Assembly: GCA_014381925.1 (NCBI GenBank)
Contig: JACNKR010000048.1
Location: 313-64,312 of the forward strand
Source: Fidelibacterota bacterium
GTDB taxonomy: Bacteria > Fidelibacterota > Marinisomatia > SCGC-AAA003-L08 > GCA-2689995
Reading direction: 5' to 3'
Length of the DNA: 64,000 bases
The position numbers and the translations under genes are program-made. How positions within the stretch are numbered: the stretch's first letter is position 1; every line of letters begins with the position of its first letter. Below the pieces are notes generated by a model. That model saw nothing but the letters and a program-made list of their open reading frames with translations. It made no database searches and was not told the origin of the DNA. Shown here in pieces: positions 37,818-47,729 of the stretch.

Positions 37818-40658
37818 ATGAAAAAAATAATTCAACATTCCTCCTCCCTAATAATCCTGCTCATTTTTATTACTATACTAAATGGGCAGGATTTTATAAT
37901 TAATCAATACCGTGTTCAAGATGGATTATCTCAAAATCAGGTATATGCAGTTAATGAAGATTTAGATGGTTTTCTCTGGGTTGGAACTCGAAAAGGTCTA
38001 AATAGGTTTGATGGAAAAAACTTTATAAAATATTATAAAGGAACCCATCCTGTCATTCATAGTCATATAATAAAAGATATTGACATTGATAAAAATAATA
38101 CGATTTGGGTTGCATGTGAATTTGGATTTTATGGTCTTCAAACTGATTATAGTGGTAAAGTAATAAAAGGATATGGTCCATTTATTACAGATGCTCAAAT
38201 TTTTGATCTTGATGTTGATGAAAGTAAAATATTAGTAAGCTCAGATAGAGGCATTTTTAAATATAATATTGAAAAGTCTGATATTGTGCTTAAAAATACG
38301 TTATTAAACGATAATCCTGATGAGATTTTTCTTTTTATAGAAAAAGTAAATGATAATCAATATATTACTTCCAGCACCTTAGATAAATATTATTTAATTA
38401 AAAATAATATTATTACTGAAATTAAATCACATGTTCAAAATGGATTTGATTTAATAACCATTCCTGATAATAATTATTTAATTACTTCATTGGATGGCCT
38501 TGCCCAAAAGAATACTCAAAATGAAATTGAACAAATTAATAAAATTAATAATATTAAAATCCCATATAGAATTATTTTAGACAAACAATATGGCTATTGG
38601 GTTGGGACATATATGGATGGATTATATTTAGTAAACACAGATTTTACAATTAATCACCATTTTAAAAATACCATTATTAATGATATTACAAATATGCATC
38701 ATGATGTTAATGGTACACTTTGGGTTGCGACTGATGGATATGGTTTATATTCAATTAAAATTTCTAAATTTGAAAAATATGATAAATCTAATGGTTTATC
38801 AAATCAAATGATTTGGTCTGTCGAACCAAATTCAATGGAAAATGAAATTATCGTAGGAACCTATACAAATGTAGCTTGGATAAAAAATAATGTTGTTATT
38901 GAATCAACCTTTAAAGAATATTTTCATCGAAATAGTATAAATTGTATCGAGGTCTCAAATTCTGATGATATATTTATTGGTACTGTCCATTCATTTTTTA
39001 AAATTTCAAATAATAGAGATTCAATTTATCAAATTCATTCAAAATATTTTTCCGAAGATTCAGGAGTAATGTCATTAAAATTTGATAATAATAATGAATT
39101 ATGGCTTGGAATGAATACCTATCCTAATTTAATAAAGTATGATGGAGAGAACTGGGAACCATATTCATTTTCTGAAGATGGGAACCAAAATAGAGTAAGA
39201 AAAATTGATTTTGATTCTAAAAATAATGTATGGTTTACAACGGATCATTATTTAATTAATAAAAATGGTATTTTTTGGGAAAAAATAAATTTTGAGGGAG
39301 AAGTCGTTTATGATTTTGATTTAATTAATGATTCTCTAATATATGTAGGAACAGATGCAGGGCTATGGGAAATAAATAAGGTTTCTCCTATAAAGTTAAA
39401 TTTAGATATTCCAATAATGACATCAATTTATTCAATTCAAAATGATGAATTTAATAATTTATGGTTAGGTACAGATAATGGTATTTATAATTATGATATT
39501 TTAAATAATGAAATATATCATTTTGGGATATCAGATGGATTAACAGAATTAGAAACAAATTCAAGAACATTAAACTTTGATAAAAATGGAGATTTATGGA
39601 TTGGAACAACTGCTGGTGTATTTAAGAAAGACCATTCAATTTTTTCTAAAAAGATTAATAAAAAATGTTTTATCGAAAAGGTTAGTTTCAATGATACAAC
39701 TTTAACAGATTTTTATAGAAATAAAATTATAATAAATGATGGTGAAATTGAATTCAATCTCGTCGCAATAAATTTAAAGCAAAATAACGATCCTATGTTT
39801 AAGTGGAGATTATTAGGTCAAAGTGATAAATGGTTTACTTCAAAAAGTAATATGATTCGATTTTCAAATTTGAAATATCTTGATTATGTTTTTCAATATC
39901 AAGCTGTTTGGAGTAGTCAGGAATCAACAGACATAAAAGAATTTTATTTTACCAATAAATATGATTTAATAAATAGTCTATTCTTTAAAATATTTTTTAG
40001 TTTTCTATTTATAATAATAATAATTTTTATTTTATTTTTTAATAATGATAGTAATAAAACAGACTTAGTTCCATTAGAAATAAATATATTTAAACCTCAT
40101 CTTGAAATAATTGCAGAGGGGATTTCAAATGGTAAGAGTGTGTTTAATTCTATAAATGCAAGGTCTATATTAATTCTTATTTTATTAAAAAAGTTTATTG
40201 ATAATTCAGGAGTTCAATCTGAAGAAATAAATAAAATTGTTTGGCCTGAAATAGATGAAGATAAAATTAGAAATAGAAAAAATGTAACAATGTCAAAGAT
40301 TAGGAAATTATTTTCAATAATAAAAAAAGAAGATTTTATAGAGTTAAAAAATAATATTTATAACATTAATGATAAATATTTAGAGTTTAATTGTGATTTG
40401 AAAACTTTTATGATTAATTATGAATTAGGTGAATCAGCAAAAAAAGCAAATAATATTTTAGATGCAATAAAATATTATCAGTTAAGTATAAAATATTATA
40501 ATAAAATTGGAGTTTGTAATCCTCAAAAAATAGAAATAATTGATAGTTATAATAATAAAATTAAATTATTAGCCATTTCATCCGCCAACTATCTTATTGA
40601 AAATGAGAATTTATGTTATGATCAAGATTCAATTGAAAAAGCCAATAAAATAATTTAA
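37818..40658 (+). CDS. Membrane-spanning regulator: two-component-type beta-propeller sensor + YYY-like domain + TM + SARP-like winged-helix/helical output
   Basis: DGLSQN.V, GFLWVGT..GLNRFDG, repeated LW.GT..G, YVFQYQA, TM helix, then GVQSEEINKIVWPE...RNRKNVTMSKIRKLF...CDL; start probably ATG 37818. Confidence 0.75.
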   Translation: MKKIIQHSSSLIILLIFITILNGQDFIINQYRVQDGLSQNQVYAVNEDLDGFLWVGTRKGLNRFDGKNFIKYYKGTHPVIHSHIIKDIDIDKNNTIWVACEFGFYGLQTDYSGKVIKGYGPFITDAQIFDLDVDESKILVSSDRGIFKYNIEKSDIVLKNTLLNDNPDEIFLFIEKVNDNQYITSSTLDKYYLIKNNIITEIKSHVQNGFDLITIPDNNYLITSLDGLAQKNTQNEIEQINKINNIKIPYRIILDKQYGYWVGTYMDGLYLVNTDFTINHHFKNTIINDITNMHHDVNGTLWVATDGYGLYSIKISKFEKYDKSNGLSNQMIWSVEPNSMENEIIVGTYTNVAWIKNNVVIESTFKEYFHRNSINCIEVSNSDDIFIGTVHSFFKISNNRDSIYQIHSKYFSEDSGVMSLKFDNNNELWLGMNTYPNLIKYDGENWEPYSFSEDGNQNRVRKIDFDSKNNVWFTTDHYLINKNGIFWEKINFEGEVVYDFDLINDSLIYVGTDAGLWEINKVSPIKLNLDIPIMTSIYSIQNDEFNNLWLGTDNGIYNYDILNNEIYHFGISDGLTELETNSRTLNFDKNGDLWIGTTAGVFKKDHSIFSKKINKKCFIEKVSFNDTTLTDFYRNKIIINDGEIEFNLVAINLKQNNDPMFKWRLLGQSDKWFTSKSNMIRFSNLKYLDYVFQYQAVWSSQESTDIKEFYFTNKYDLINSLFFKIFFSFLFIIIIIFILFFNNDSNKTDLVPLEINIFKPHLEIIAEGISNGKSVFNSINARSILILILLKKFIDNSGVQSEEINKIVWPEIDEDKIRNRKNVTMSKIRKLFSIIKKEDFIELKNNIYNINDKYLEFNCDLKTFMINYELGESAKKANNILDAIKYYQLSIKYYNKIGVCNPQKIEIIDSYNNKIKLLAISSANYLIENENLCYDQDSIEKANKII

Positions 40659-40710
40659 AATTATTATATTTACCTTATAGATACAATAGTGAAATATCAT
40701 AATTTTTAAT

Positions 40711-41364
40711 ATGGTGCATTTCAATAAAATAACAGCAACGTACTTTCCAAATATAGGAATAGACGATTTTTCACTTCGAATTAATAAAGGCGAAATGGTT
40801 TTTTTAGTGGGTCCTTCAGGTGCAGGAAAATCAACTGTGTTAAAATGTCTATACGGAGATGTCAATATTCAAAAAGGGGTATTATCTTTAGAAGGTTCCG
40901 ACATTACAAAATTGAGTATAAAACAAATTCAAAAACTTAGACGAAAAATTGGGATTGTGTTTCAGGATTATCGACTTATCAATGAAAGAACTGTTTTTGA
41001 TAATATTTCGTTACCATTAAGAATAGAAAAAAAATCTTCATCTCAAATAAAGCTAAGAACAAATGAAGCATTATATGAAATTGGTATTGAGCATTTAGCT
41101 AAGCGGTTTCCGAATGAATTGAGTAGTGGGGAACAACAGCGAGTAAGTATTTGTCGTGCATTAGTTAAAAAACCGGTTATGATTCTTGCTGATGAGCCTA
41201 CTGGGAATTTAGATCCTGAAGCATCTATTGAAATTGTAAAAATATTTGAAAGATTATCAGAGTTAGGCATAACAATTGTAATGTCAACACATAATCATTC
41301 ACTTATTCAAAATACAAAACATACAATAGTTAATCTTCATCTTGGCACAAGAGTATTAAGTTGA
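40711..41364 (+). CDS. ftsE: Cell division ATP-binding protein FtsE
   Basis: GPSGAGKST, LRRKIGIVFQDYRL, GEQQRV, ADEPTGNLDP. Confidence 0.93.
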   Translation: MVHFNKITATYFPNIGIDDFSLRINKGEMVFLVGPSGAGKSTVLKCLYGDVNIQKGVLSLEGSDITKLSIKQIQKLRRKIGIVFQDYRLINERTVFDNISLPLRIEKKSSSQIKLRTNEALYEIGIEHLAKRFPNELSSGEQQRVSICRALVKKPVMILADEPTGNLDPEASIEIVKIFERLSELGITIVMSTHNHSLIQNTKHTIVNLHLGTRVLS

Positions 41365-42233
41365 TTTCATCTTTTATATTTTTAATTGGCGAAAGTTTTA
41401 AAGGGATTTGGCGAACAAGAGTACAATCCTTTTCATCAATATTAATGATAATGATTTCAATATCACTATTAGTTGCAGGGTATTTTGTTTATACTAACTT
41501 TAATAGATATTCCGATGAATTAAAAACATCTTATCAAATGGAAGTTTTTTTTAATTCAGAATTAGATAGTATTGAATGTCAAGATTCTTATAATAAAATT
41601 TATTCCTTTCCTTTTATTAAAAAAGGTGAATATATTTCAAAAAAAAGGGCAGGAGATATATTTAATAAGCAGTTTGGGCAAGATATAAATTTTGTTTTTG
41701 GAACTAATCCTCTGCCTTGTAGTGGCCGATATGATATGGTTGAATCTTTTCGTAATATTGATGGATTGAATGAAATTAAAGAAAAAATTTCAATTTTATC
41801 TGGAGTTGAAGATATTCATTATCCATCTGAATTCATTATAAAGTTTGATAATTTATCCTCAGATTTAATGGCTGGATTTATTATTGGTGGTATCATATTT
41901 TTATTTATTTCTATTTTTATTATTTCAAATACGATTAAAATGGTAATTCATGCGAGAAGGTCACAATTAGATTTACTCATTTTACTCGGTGCATCAAATG
42001 TTTTTATCAAAACTCCATTAATTTTAGAGGGTATTTTCCATGGGATTATAGGTGGTATATTAGCAGGTGGAATTTCAATTTTAATGAAAACAATATTAAC
42101 TTATTTATTTTATCCCACAATTAGTTTACAAATAATATCGAATTCAATATTACTTTTTTCATGTTTAACTTTTGGTGTTTTATTTGGAATGATTGGAAGT
42201 ATTATGGGAATCGGAAGATATTTGGAAAAGTAG
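41361..42233 (+). CDS. ftsX: Cell division permease FtsX
   Basis: NPLP, ISNTIK..I.ARR, L.GA...FI..P..LEG. Confidence 0.9.
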   Translation: MISSFIFLIGESFKGIWRTRVQSFSSILMIMISISLLVAGYFVYTNFNRYSDELKTSYQMEVFFNSELDSIECQDSYNKIYSFPFIKKGEYISKKRAGDIFNKQFGQDINFVFGTNPLPCSGRYDMVESFRNIDGLNEIKEKISILSGVEDIHYPSEFIIKFDNLSSDLMAGFIIGGIIFLFISIFIISNTIKMVIHARRSQLDLLILLGASNVFIKTPLILEGIFHGIIGGILAGGISILMKTILTYLFYPTISLQIISNSILLFSCLTFGVLFGMIGSIMGIGRYLEK

Positions 42234-42341
42234 AAATATATCCGTTTTAATGTTTACTCGCATTTGCTTAAATTGTGGGCTATTGAAGATTAACAATCCG
42301 TTGTTAATATGTTATTTTTCTATTCAAAAGTATTAGTTTTT

Positions 42342-44453
42342 ATGAATAATAAATTAATTTTTTCGTTATTTTTTCTATTTTCACAGCTTATTTCTGCTGA
42401 ATCTATGGTTGGTGTTATCCATTCAGTGAGTGGAGATGTGACAGTTTATTCCAGAACACAAACAAATTCTGTAAAAAAAGCAATAATAGGTAGAGCCATT
42501 TATAATGGAGACCAAATTGTAACAAGTGGAAATGGTATTTGCCAAATTCTTTACAAGGATGAAAGTATTTTTATCCGAGTAAGTGAAAATTCTAAAATTA
42601 AATTTAGCTCGGCAGGATTCTCTGATATTATTGATTTGATATCGGGTCAATTTTATTGTCAAAAGGCTCAAAATAATAGGGCAATTAAAGTTTTTACATC
42701 TATTGGGCAATATAGTTGCGTTAATGGTCGTTTTTGGTTATCTACTAAATTAAATAAAAATGATGAAGTTCTTATACATTCTGGTGAAGTTCATTTAAAT
42801 AATCAATATAGCTTAAGTGATGTAGATCTAAAAACAGGTGACGCTGGAATTTCATATACAAATGGAGAAGTTATTGTCGGGGGGTATAATGACCTTAGCT
42901 TAGTAGAATTAAAACCGCAAACGAAAACCATTGAAGATTTTATTTTACCCATTATTTTAGAAAAAAATATTCCACAAATTCATTCCTATGATTTAATTCC
43001 TCAATATAAAACACGAATTTCAATTTTTAATGATAATGTTCAAAGCTTTAGAAATTATCGCTATCAATTTGGTACTCATGCAAATGGTGAATCATATATT
43101 CAATTTATTTCTTATTATCATAAATTTGATTTTAAAGTTGGAGTGGCAATCCCATTTGTTTTTGGGAAAGATGGTTTTAGAAAATCAGATTGGGATGATA
43201 TTTTTGATTTATTTGAGCGTATTAATTATTTAGATTATTTTAATACAGAAAAAAAATATGAAATACATTTAGGAAAAATTGAGAATAAAACATGGGGTGC
43301 TGGAGGTTTACTTTATAAATATACAAATACTCAAAATTATCCAAATACAGTAAGAACTGGTTTTGATGGAACAATTTCAATGGGTAATAAATTCCTTAAT
43401 TTTAATTATTTTATATCAAGTTTTAGAGATTTTAAAAATGGTGGTGGACTGATGGGAATTAGATCAGAAATGTATTTAACAGATTACTTTCCATTAACAA
43501 TTGGATTTGGATTTATAACAGATCTTAATAATTATTCAGAAATCAATTCAGAACTTAAATTTTCAACAAGAACAATTTCAGGTACGGAAGTTGATATTAA
43601 TTATAAATTGTTTTCAGGTGTAAATAATTATTTAAATCTCTTTTTTGAATATGATGAAATTTATTATAATGAAGAAATTATTTTTACTAGCCCGAGTAAG
43701 GATATAATTAAAAAACCTGGGGGATCTAATTGGATTTTTGGATTTGAACATAAAAAAGGTACATTAATTAGTGAAATTTCTTTTTCACTTGCTTCAAAAA
43801 CAATGAATAGTGAATACTTTAATTCAGTCTATGATTTAGAAAAGGCAAGATATATTTCAATATCTGAAGATTCTATAATGAATTCTGATTCTCACTTAAA
43901 TGATTTAAATAATTTTAGATTAAACCATACAACAAACCTTGAAGATTTAACTTTCCAAGACTATTTAATACCAAAAAATATTTATTCAGTTTATAGTGAT
44001 CGACTGAACTTTTATGATACACCAGGAATTAAGTTTTCGATGCAAAAATATTTTGGAATTTATGGGCATTTTAATTTCAGTTATGGCTTTAAAATGGAAA
44101 AGTTAGATGCTCAATATGATAAAATTTATAATAGTTTAAGCGATGATGATAAAATTAATTTTGAATATTTACCAAAAAAATACCATAGTTTAGAAATTCA
44201 TACAGGGATTGGAGATAAAGTTATCAGAGGGGTTTATGGGTTGAACTTTTTCTATAATCAATATAATGCACCAACATTTTTTAGTTTTAGTGATGAATTA
44301 ACAAGTGCTGAAATGGGATTTAATATTAGTCTTCGTCCTATTCAGTTTATGCGTTTAATAATTGAAAATAAAATGATACATTTTGATTTTAATAACGATG
44401 GTGTTATTGATAAAGCGAATAATATAAATGTTGAATTTAAATTTTCAATTTAG
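42342..44453 (+). CDS. Secreted protein with N-terminal FecR-like domain and C-terminal beta-strand-rich (barrel-like) region
   Basis: Signal peptide from ATG 42342; V.G.V...GD.I.T...SENS; V.T; V..GEV; later DWDD, G.GGL...Y.N, terminal VEFKFSI. Confidence 0.6.
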   Translation: MNNKLIFSLFFLFSQLISAESMVGVIHSVSGDVTVYSRTQTNSVKKAIIGRAIYNGDQIVTSGNGICQILYKDESIFIRVSENSKIKFSSAGFSDIIDLISGQFYCQKAQNNRAIKVFTSIGQYSCVNGRFWLSTKLNKNDEVLIHSGEVHLNNQYSLSDVDLKTGDAGISYTNGEVIVGGYNDLSLVELKPQTKTIEDFILPIILEKNIPQIHSYDLIPQYKTRISIFNDNVQSFRNYRYQFGTHANGESYIQFISYYHKFDFKVGVAIPFVFGKDGFRKSDWDDIFDLFERINYLDYFNTEKKYEIHLGKIENKTWGAGGLLYKYTNTQNYPNTVRTGFDGTISMGNKFLNFNYFISSFRDFKNGGGLMGIRSEMYLTDYFPLTIGFGFITDLNNYSEINSELKFSTRTISGTEVDINYKLFSGVNNYLNLFFEYDEIYYNEEIIFTSPSKDIIKKPGGSNWIFGFEHKKGTLISEISFSLASKTMNSEYFNSVYDLEKARYISISEDSIMNSDSHLNDLNNFRLNHTTNLEDLTFQDYLIPKNIYSVYSDRLNFYDTPGIKFSMQKYFGIYGHFNFSYGFKMEKLDAQYDKIYNSLSDDDKINFEYLPKKYHSLEIHTGIGDKVIRGVYGLNFFYNQYNAPTFFSFSDELTSAEMGFNISLRPIQFMRLIIENKMIHFDFNNDGVIDKANNINVEFKFSI

Positions 44454-44457
44454 TTAA

Positions 44458-44598
44458 ATGTCTCATGCAAAAGAAATATTAAAGTTTGATGTTGGTGGAA
44501 AAGGATTTAAATGGGCAGCTTATTTATTAATTCTAACATCTATAACTTTAATTATTTTAGGGGTATATTTTTTATCTAATTTAATTAATGAATTTTAA
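44458..44598 (+). CDS. Small single-TM protein, 46 aa (below the ORF-track cut-off)
   Basis: MSHAKEILKFDVGGKGFKWAAYLLILTSITLIILGVYFLSNLINEF*; fills the gap and overlaps the next start. Confidence 0.55.
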   Translation: MSHAKEILKFDVGGKGFKWAAYLLILTSITLIILGVYFLSNLINEF

Positions 44599-44782
44599 AG
44601 TTTTTGCTTCGATATTAATAGGTATGTGCCTGATTGGTATGTCCTTAGGTTATGTACTTGGATTTTATGTTAGAGATATAATTGATTCTAATCATTGGGC
44701 TTATTTAGGTGCACCTTTATTGGGTATTGGTTCAGGCTTAGTAATGGTCGGTGCATTATTTAATAAACATCTCAAAACTTGA
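44588..44782 (+). CDS. Small two-TM Gly-rich membrane protein
   Basis: Two hydrophobic helices with GxxxG motifs. Confidence 0.65.
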   Translation: MNFKVFASILIGMCLIGMSLGYVLGFYVRDIIDSNHWAYLGAPLLGIGSGLVMVGALFNKHLKT

Positions 44783-44844
44783 TTTTATCATCTTATAAAT
44801 CAATCTTAAATTTAACCTCTGAATTATTTTAAAATATTTTAATT

Positions 44845-45110
44845 TCGTGCTAGGCGGGGAGCTAGCGGTTCCTTGTAACCTGAAATCCGCTTCATGCAGG
44901 GTCAAATGCCGTAGGAAGGGTTTTGCTGAATTTCAATTTAATTATAAGTAGTGATGATTTTGTCAGCTCTACGCAATATATGGTGGTTAAACCCCGTCAG
45001 ATCCGGAAGGAAGCAGCGGTAGATTATTTATATATGTGCCGTAGAATCCTGATAGATAGCTGGCTGTTTTTAAATTGTTGTGTCCAGAAGGTTCGACCTA
45101 CGGTGCACGG
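44845..45110 (+). ncRNA. ffs: Signal recognition particle RNA, large bacterial type (with Alu domain)
   Basis: 5' CGTGCTAGGCGGGGAGCTAGCGGTTCCTTGTAACCTGAAATCCGCT; helix-8 TCAGATCCGGAAGGAAGCAGC at 44997-45017; 3' GCACGG pairs with the 5' end; about 265 nt; directly upstream of dnaX. Confidence 0.93.
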
Positions 45111-45125
45111 AGATTTAGGAATATA

Positions 45126-46811
45126 ATGAGTTATCAAGTATTATCTAGGAAATGGCGTCCTCAAATATTTGATGATGTTATTGGTCAATTACATATTACT
45201 AAAACATTACAAAATGCAATTCAAAAAGAACGAGTTGCACACGGTTTCCTATTTTCAGGTTTAAGAGGTGTTGGAAAAACGACAACTGCTCGAATTTTTT
45301 CAAAAGCTTTAAATTGCTCAAATCCACAAAATAATAATCCTTGTAATAAATGTAATATTTGTAAAGATATTACAAATGGGCGAAGTTTAGATGTACTTGA
45401 AATTGATGGTGCTTCTAATCGAGGGATTGATGAAATAAGAGAACTTAGAGAAGCGGTAAAATATCCACCTACAAATGGTAAATATCGAATTTATATTATT
45501 GATGAGGTTCATATGTTGACAACACATGCATTTAATGCATTATTAAAGACATTAGAAGAGCCACCACCACATGTGAAATTTATTTTAGCCACTACAGACC
45601 CTCAAAAATTACCTCAAACAATTTTATCAAGAACATTACGATTTGAGTTTAAACGCGTTCAATTACCTATATTAAAAAATTATATTCAACATATATTGGA
45701 TAAAGAAAAAATAAAATATGATGATGCAAGTTTAATTCAAATAGCAAAAAAAGGTGATGGTAGTGTAAGAGATTCTCTTAGTTTGTTAGATCAAGCAATT
45801 ACTTATACAAATGGAAACTTAATTTTAAATGAAGTACAAAATATATTAGGTGTTATTAGTGAAAGTTTATATTGTGAAGTATTATCTGATATAATAACAA
45901 AAAAAACAGATTTAATTTCTAATGTTCATACAGCTTTAAATTCTGGTATATCACTTGGTGATTTCATTATTGGGTTTAATCATTTTTTAAATCAAGTAAT
46001 GCTTGTATTAAGTGAAGTTGATATTGATATTGAATTGGGTGATGATACAATTAAGTGGATTCAGTCACAGCCCAATTTACAAGTTTTAGATATATTAAGA
46101 ATGATAGAATTATCCCAGAATTTTGAATCCAAGCTAAGGCATATGAAATATCCAATATTAAATTTGGATTCTATGTTAGTAAAACTTCTTTCAATGGAAT
46201 CTACAGTTACAATTTCTGAAGTTATTCATGGAAATATAAAAAATATTCCTCCTAATCCATTTTCTCGAAAAAATATTGAGAATAAGCCCGCTGATAAAAT
46301 TGAGAATAAGACTAAAGTAAAAGAATTAAAAAAAATAGACTCACCTAAATTATCCATTCCCGATGAAAAAGAAGATCCTTCGGGCAAAGTATCTGATGAA
46401 AAACCCATAATTGAAAAAAATATTGCTAAAATACAGAATAGTAAATTAGATTTAAACTTTTTTGAACGAAATTGGAATGATTTTTTAGATCAAGTAGAGG
46501 CTGAACATCCTAAATATTTAACTTATTTAGCAGATGTAAAATTAAAATCATTTATTGATGGAACTTTAACCATTCAATTAAATTCAGAAGATGAATTTAA
46601 TGCAAGAGGAATAAAAAATAATCAAGTAAATTTAGAAGAAATATTAGAAACATATTCAGGAGAGAAAGTAAAATTATCACTGAATATAATTAAAGATAAT
46701 TTAAAACCAACTATCGAAAAAATAGCTAATGGTATAGTTAAAAAGTCTAATGGACATCCATTATTTGAAACAATTATGGAAACTTTCGATGGTGAATTAA
46801 TGAGGAGTTAA
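45126..46811 (+). CDS. dnaX: DNA polymerase III subunit gamma/tau
   Basis: MSYQVLSRKWRPQ, GLRGVGKTT, EIDGASN, IIDEVHML, NALLKTLEEPP; start ATG 45126 behind AGGA. Confidence 0.96.
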   Translation: MSYQVLSRKWRPQIFDDVIGQLHITKTLQNAIQKERVAHGFLFSGLRGVGKTTTARIFSKALNCSNPQNNNPCNKCNICKDITNGRSLDVLEIDGASNRGIDEIRELREAVKYPPTNGKYRIYIIDEVHMLTTHAFNALLKTLEEPPPHVKFILATTDPQKLPQTILSRTLRFEFKRVQLPILKNYIQHILDKEKIKYDDASLIQIAKKGDGSVRDSLSLLDQAITYTNGNLILNEVQNILGVISESLYCEVLSDIITKKTDLISNVHTALNSGISLGDFIIGFNHFLNQVMLVLSEVDIDIELGDDTIKWIQSQPNLQVLDILRMIELSQNFESKLRHMKYPILNLDSMLVKLLSMESTVTISEVIHGNIKNIPPNPFSRKNIENKPADKIENKTKVKELKKIDSPKLSIPDEKEDPSGKVSDEKPIIEKNIAKIQNSKLDLNFFERNWNDFLDQVEAEHPKYLTYLADVKLKSFIDGTLTIQLNSEDEFNARGIKNNQVNLEEILETYSGEKVKLSLNIIKDNLKPTIEKIANGIVKKSNGHPLFETIMETFDGELMRS

Positions 46812-46812
46812 T

Positions 46813-47139
46813 ATGTTTCCAAAAGGTGGAATGGGAAAAATGATGAAACAGGCACAAGCTTTACAGGCTAAAATGGCACAAGCTCAGAGTGAACTGGGAG
46901 ATATTAGTGTTGAGGCAAATTCCGGCGGAGGAATGGTTGTGGTTTGTGCAAATGGCAATAAAGAAATTACATCAATTAAAATAAATCCAGATGTATTGGA
47001 AGAAGATGTAGATTTATTAGAAGATTTAGTTTTAGCTGCAACAAACCAAGCACTTGTTAAAGCATCAGACGCCGCGGAAGAAAAAATGAATTCTGCTACA
47101 GGTGGAATGATGGGACAATTTAAAATGCCAGGAATGTAA
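46813..47139 (+). CDS. ybaB: YbaB/EbfC nucleoid-associated protein
   Basis: KQAQ..Q, SGGGMV, LEDLVLAA.N.A; between dnaX and recR. Confidence 0.93.
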   Translation: MFPKGGMGKMMKQAQALQAKMAQAQSELGDISVEANSGGGMVVVCANGNKEITSIKINPDVLEEDVDLLEDLVLAATNQALVKASDAAEEKMNSATGGMMGQFKMPGM

Positions 47140-47729
47140 TGCTCCCTGAATCTTTACAGCGAGTTATTGAAGGTTTTAAGCAATTTCCCGGTATTGGTCC
47201 GAAAACAGCCCGCAGGCTAGCATTTTATGCGTTAAATTCGAATGTTACACAAATCCAAGGATTTGCAAATTCATTAATGAACTTAACAGAGAAAATTAAA
47301 GAATGTGGTATTTGTTTTAATATTACAGAAAATCAATATTGTGATATTTGTAATGATAAATCTAGAGATACAACTGTATTATGCATTGTAGAATGTCCTT
47401 CAGATATTTCATTAATAGAGCAAACAGGATTTAAGGGTCAATATCATGTGTTGGGTGGAATGTTATCTCCACTGGACGGAGTTGGACCAGATGATTTAAA
47501 TTTTGAAAATTTCATTTCCAAAACTGAAAATTTTTCTGAAATAGTAATCGCAACAAACCCTAGTGTTGAAGGTGAAACTACAGCCTTATATATCGTAAAT
47601 TTATTAAAAGATTTGCCAATTAAGGTTTCGCGACTAGCAAGGGGGTTACCATCGGGTGGGAATTTAGAATATGTAGATGAACTTACTTTATTGCGTTCAA
47701 TGTCAGAAAGGGTTGAAATCACAACTTAA
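47139..47729 (+). CDS. recR: Recombination mediator RecR
   Basis: PGIGPKTARRL, C4 zinc finger, YHVLGG, ATNPSVEGETTA. Confidence 0.96.
   Translation: MLPESLQRVIEGFKQFPGIGPKTARRLAFYALNSNVTQIQGFANSLMNLTEKIKECGICFNITENQYCDICNDKSRDTTVLCIVECPSDISLIEQTGFKGQYHVLGGMLSPLDGVGPDDLNFENFISKTENFSEIVIATNPSVEGETTALYIVNLLKDLPIKVSRLARGLPSGGNLEYVDELTLLRSMSERVEITT

Noticed and set aside
44923-45126. 67-aa ORF and the 45075 upstream extension of dnaX
   Set aside because: Both overlap the SRP RNA; DnaX homology begins at MSYQV (45126), which has its own SD.
45899-46335. A8 runs in dnaX as gamma/tau frameshift or slippage sites
   Set aside because: No A-AAA-AAG plus stem-loop was seen; A8 runs are expected by chance at this AT content.
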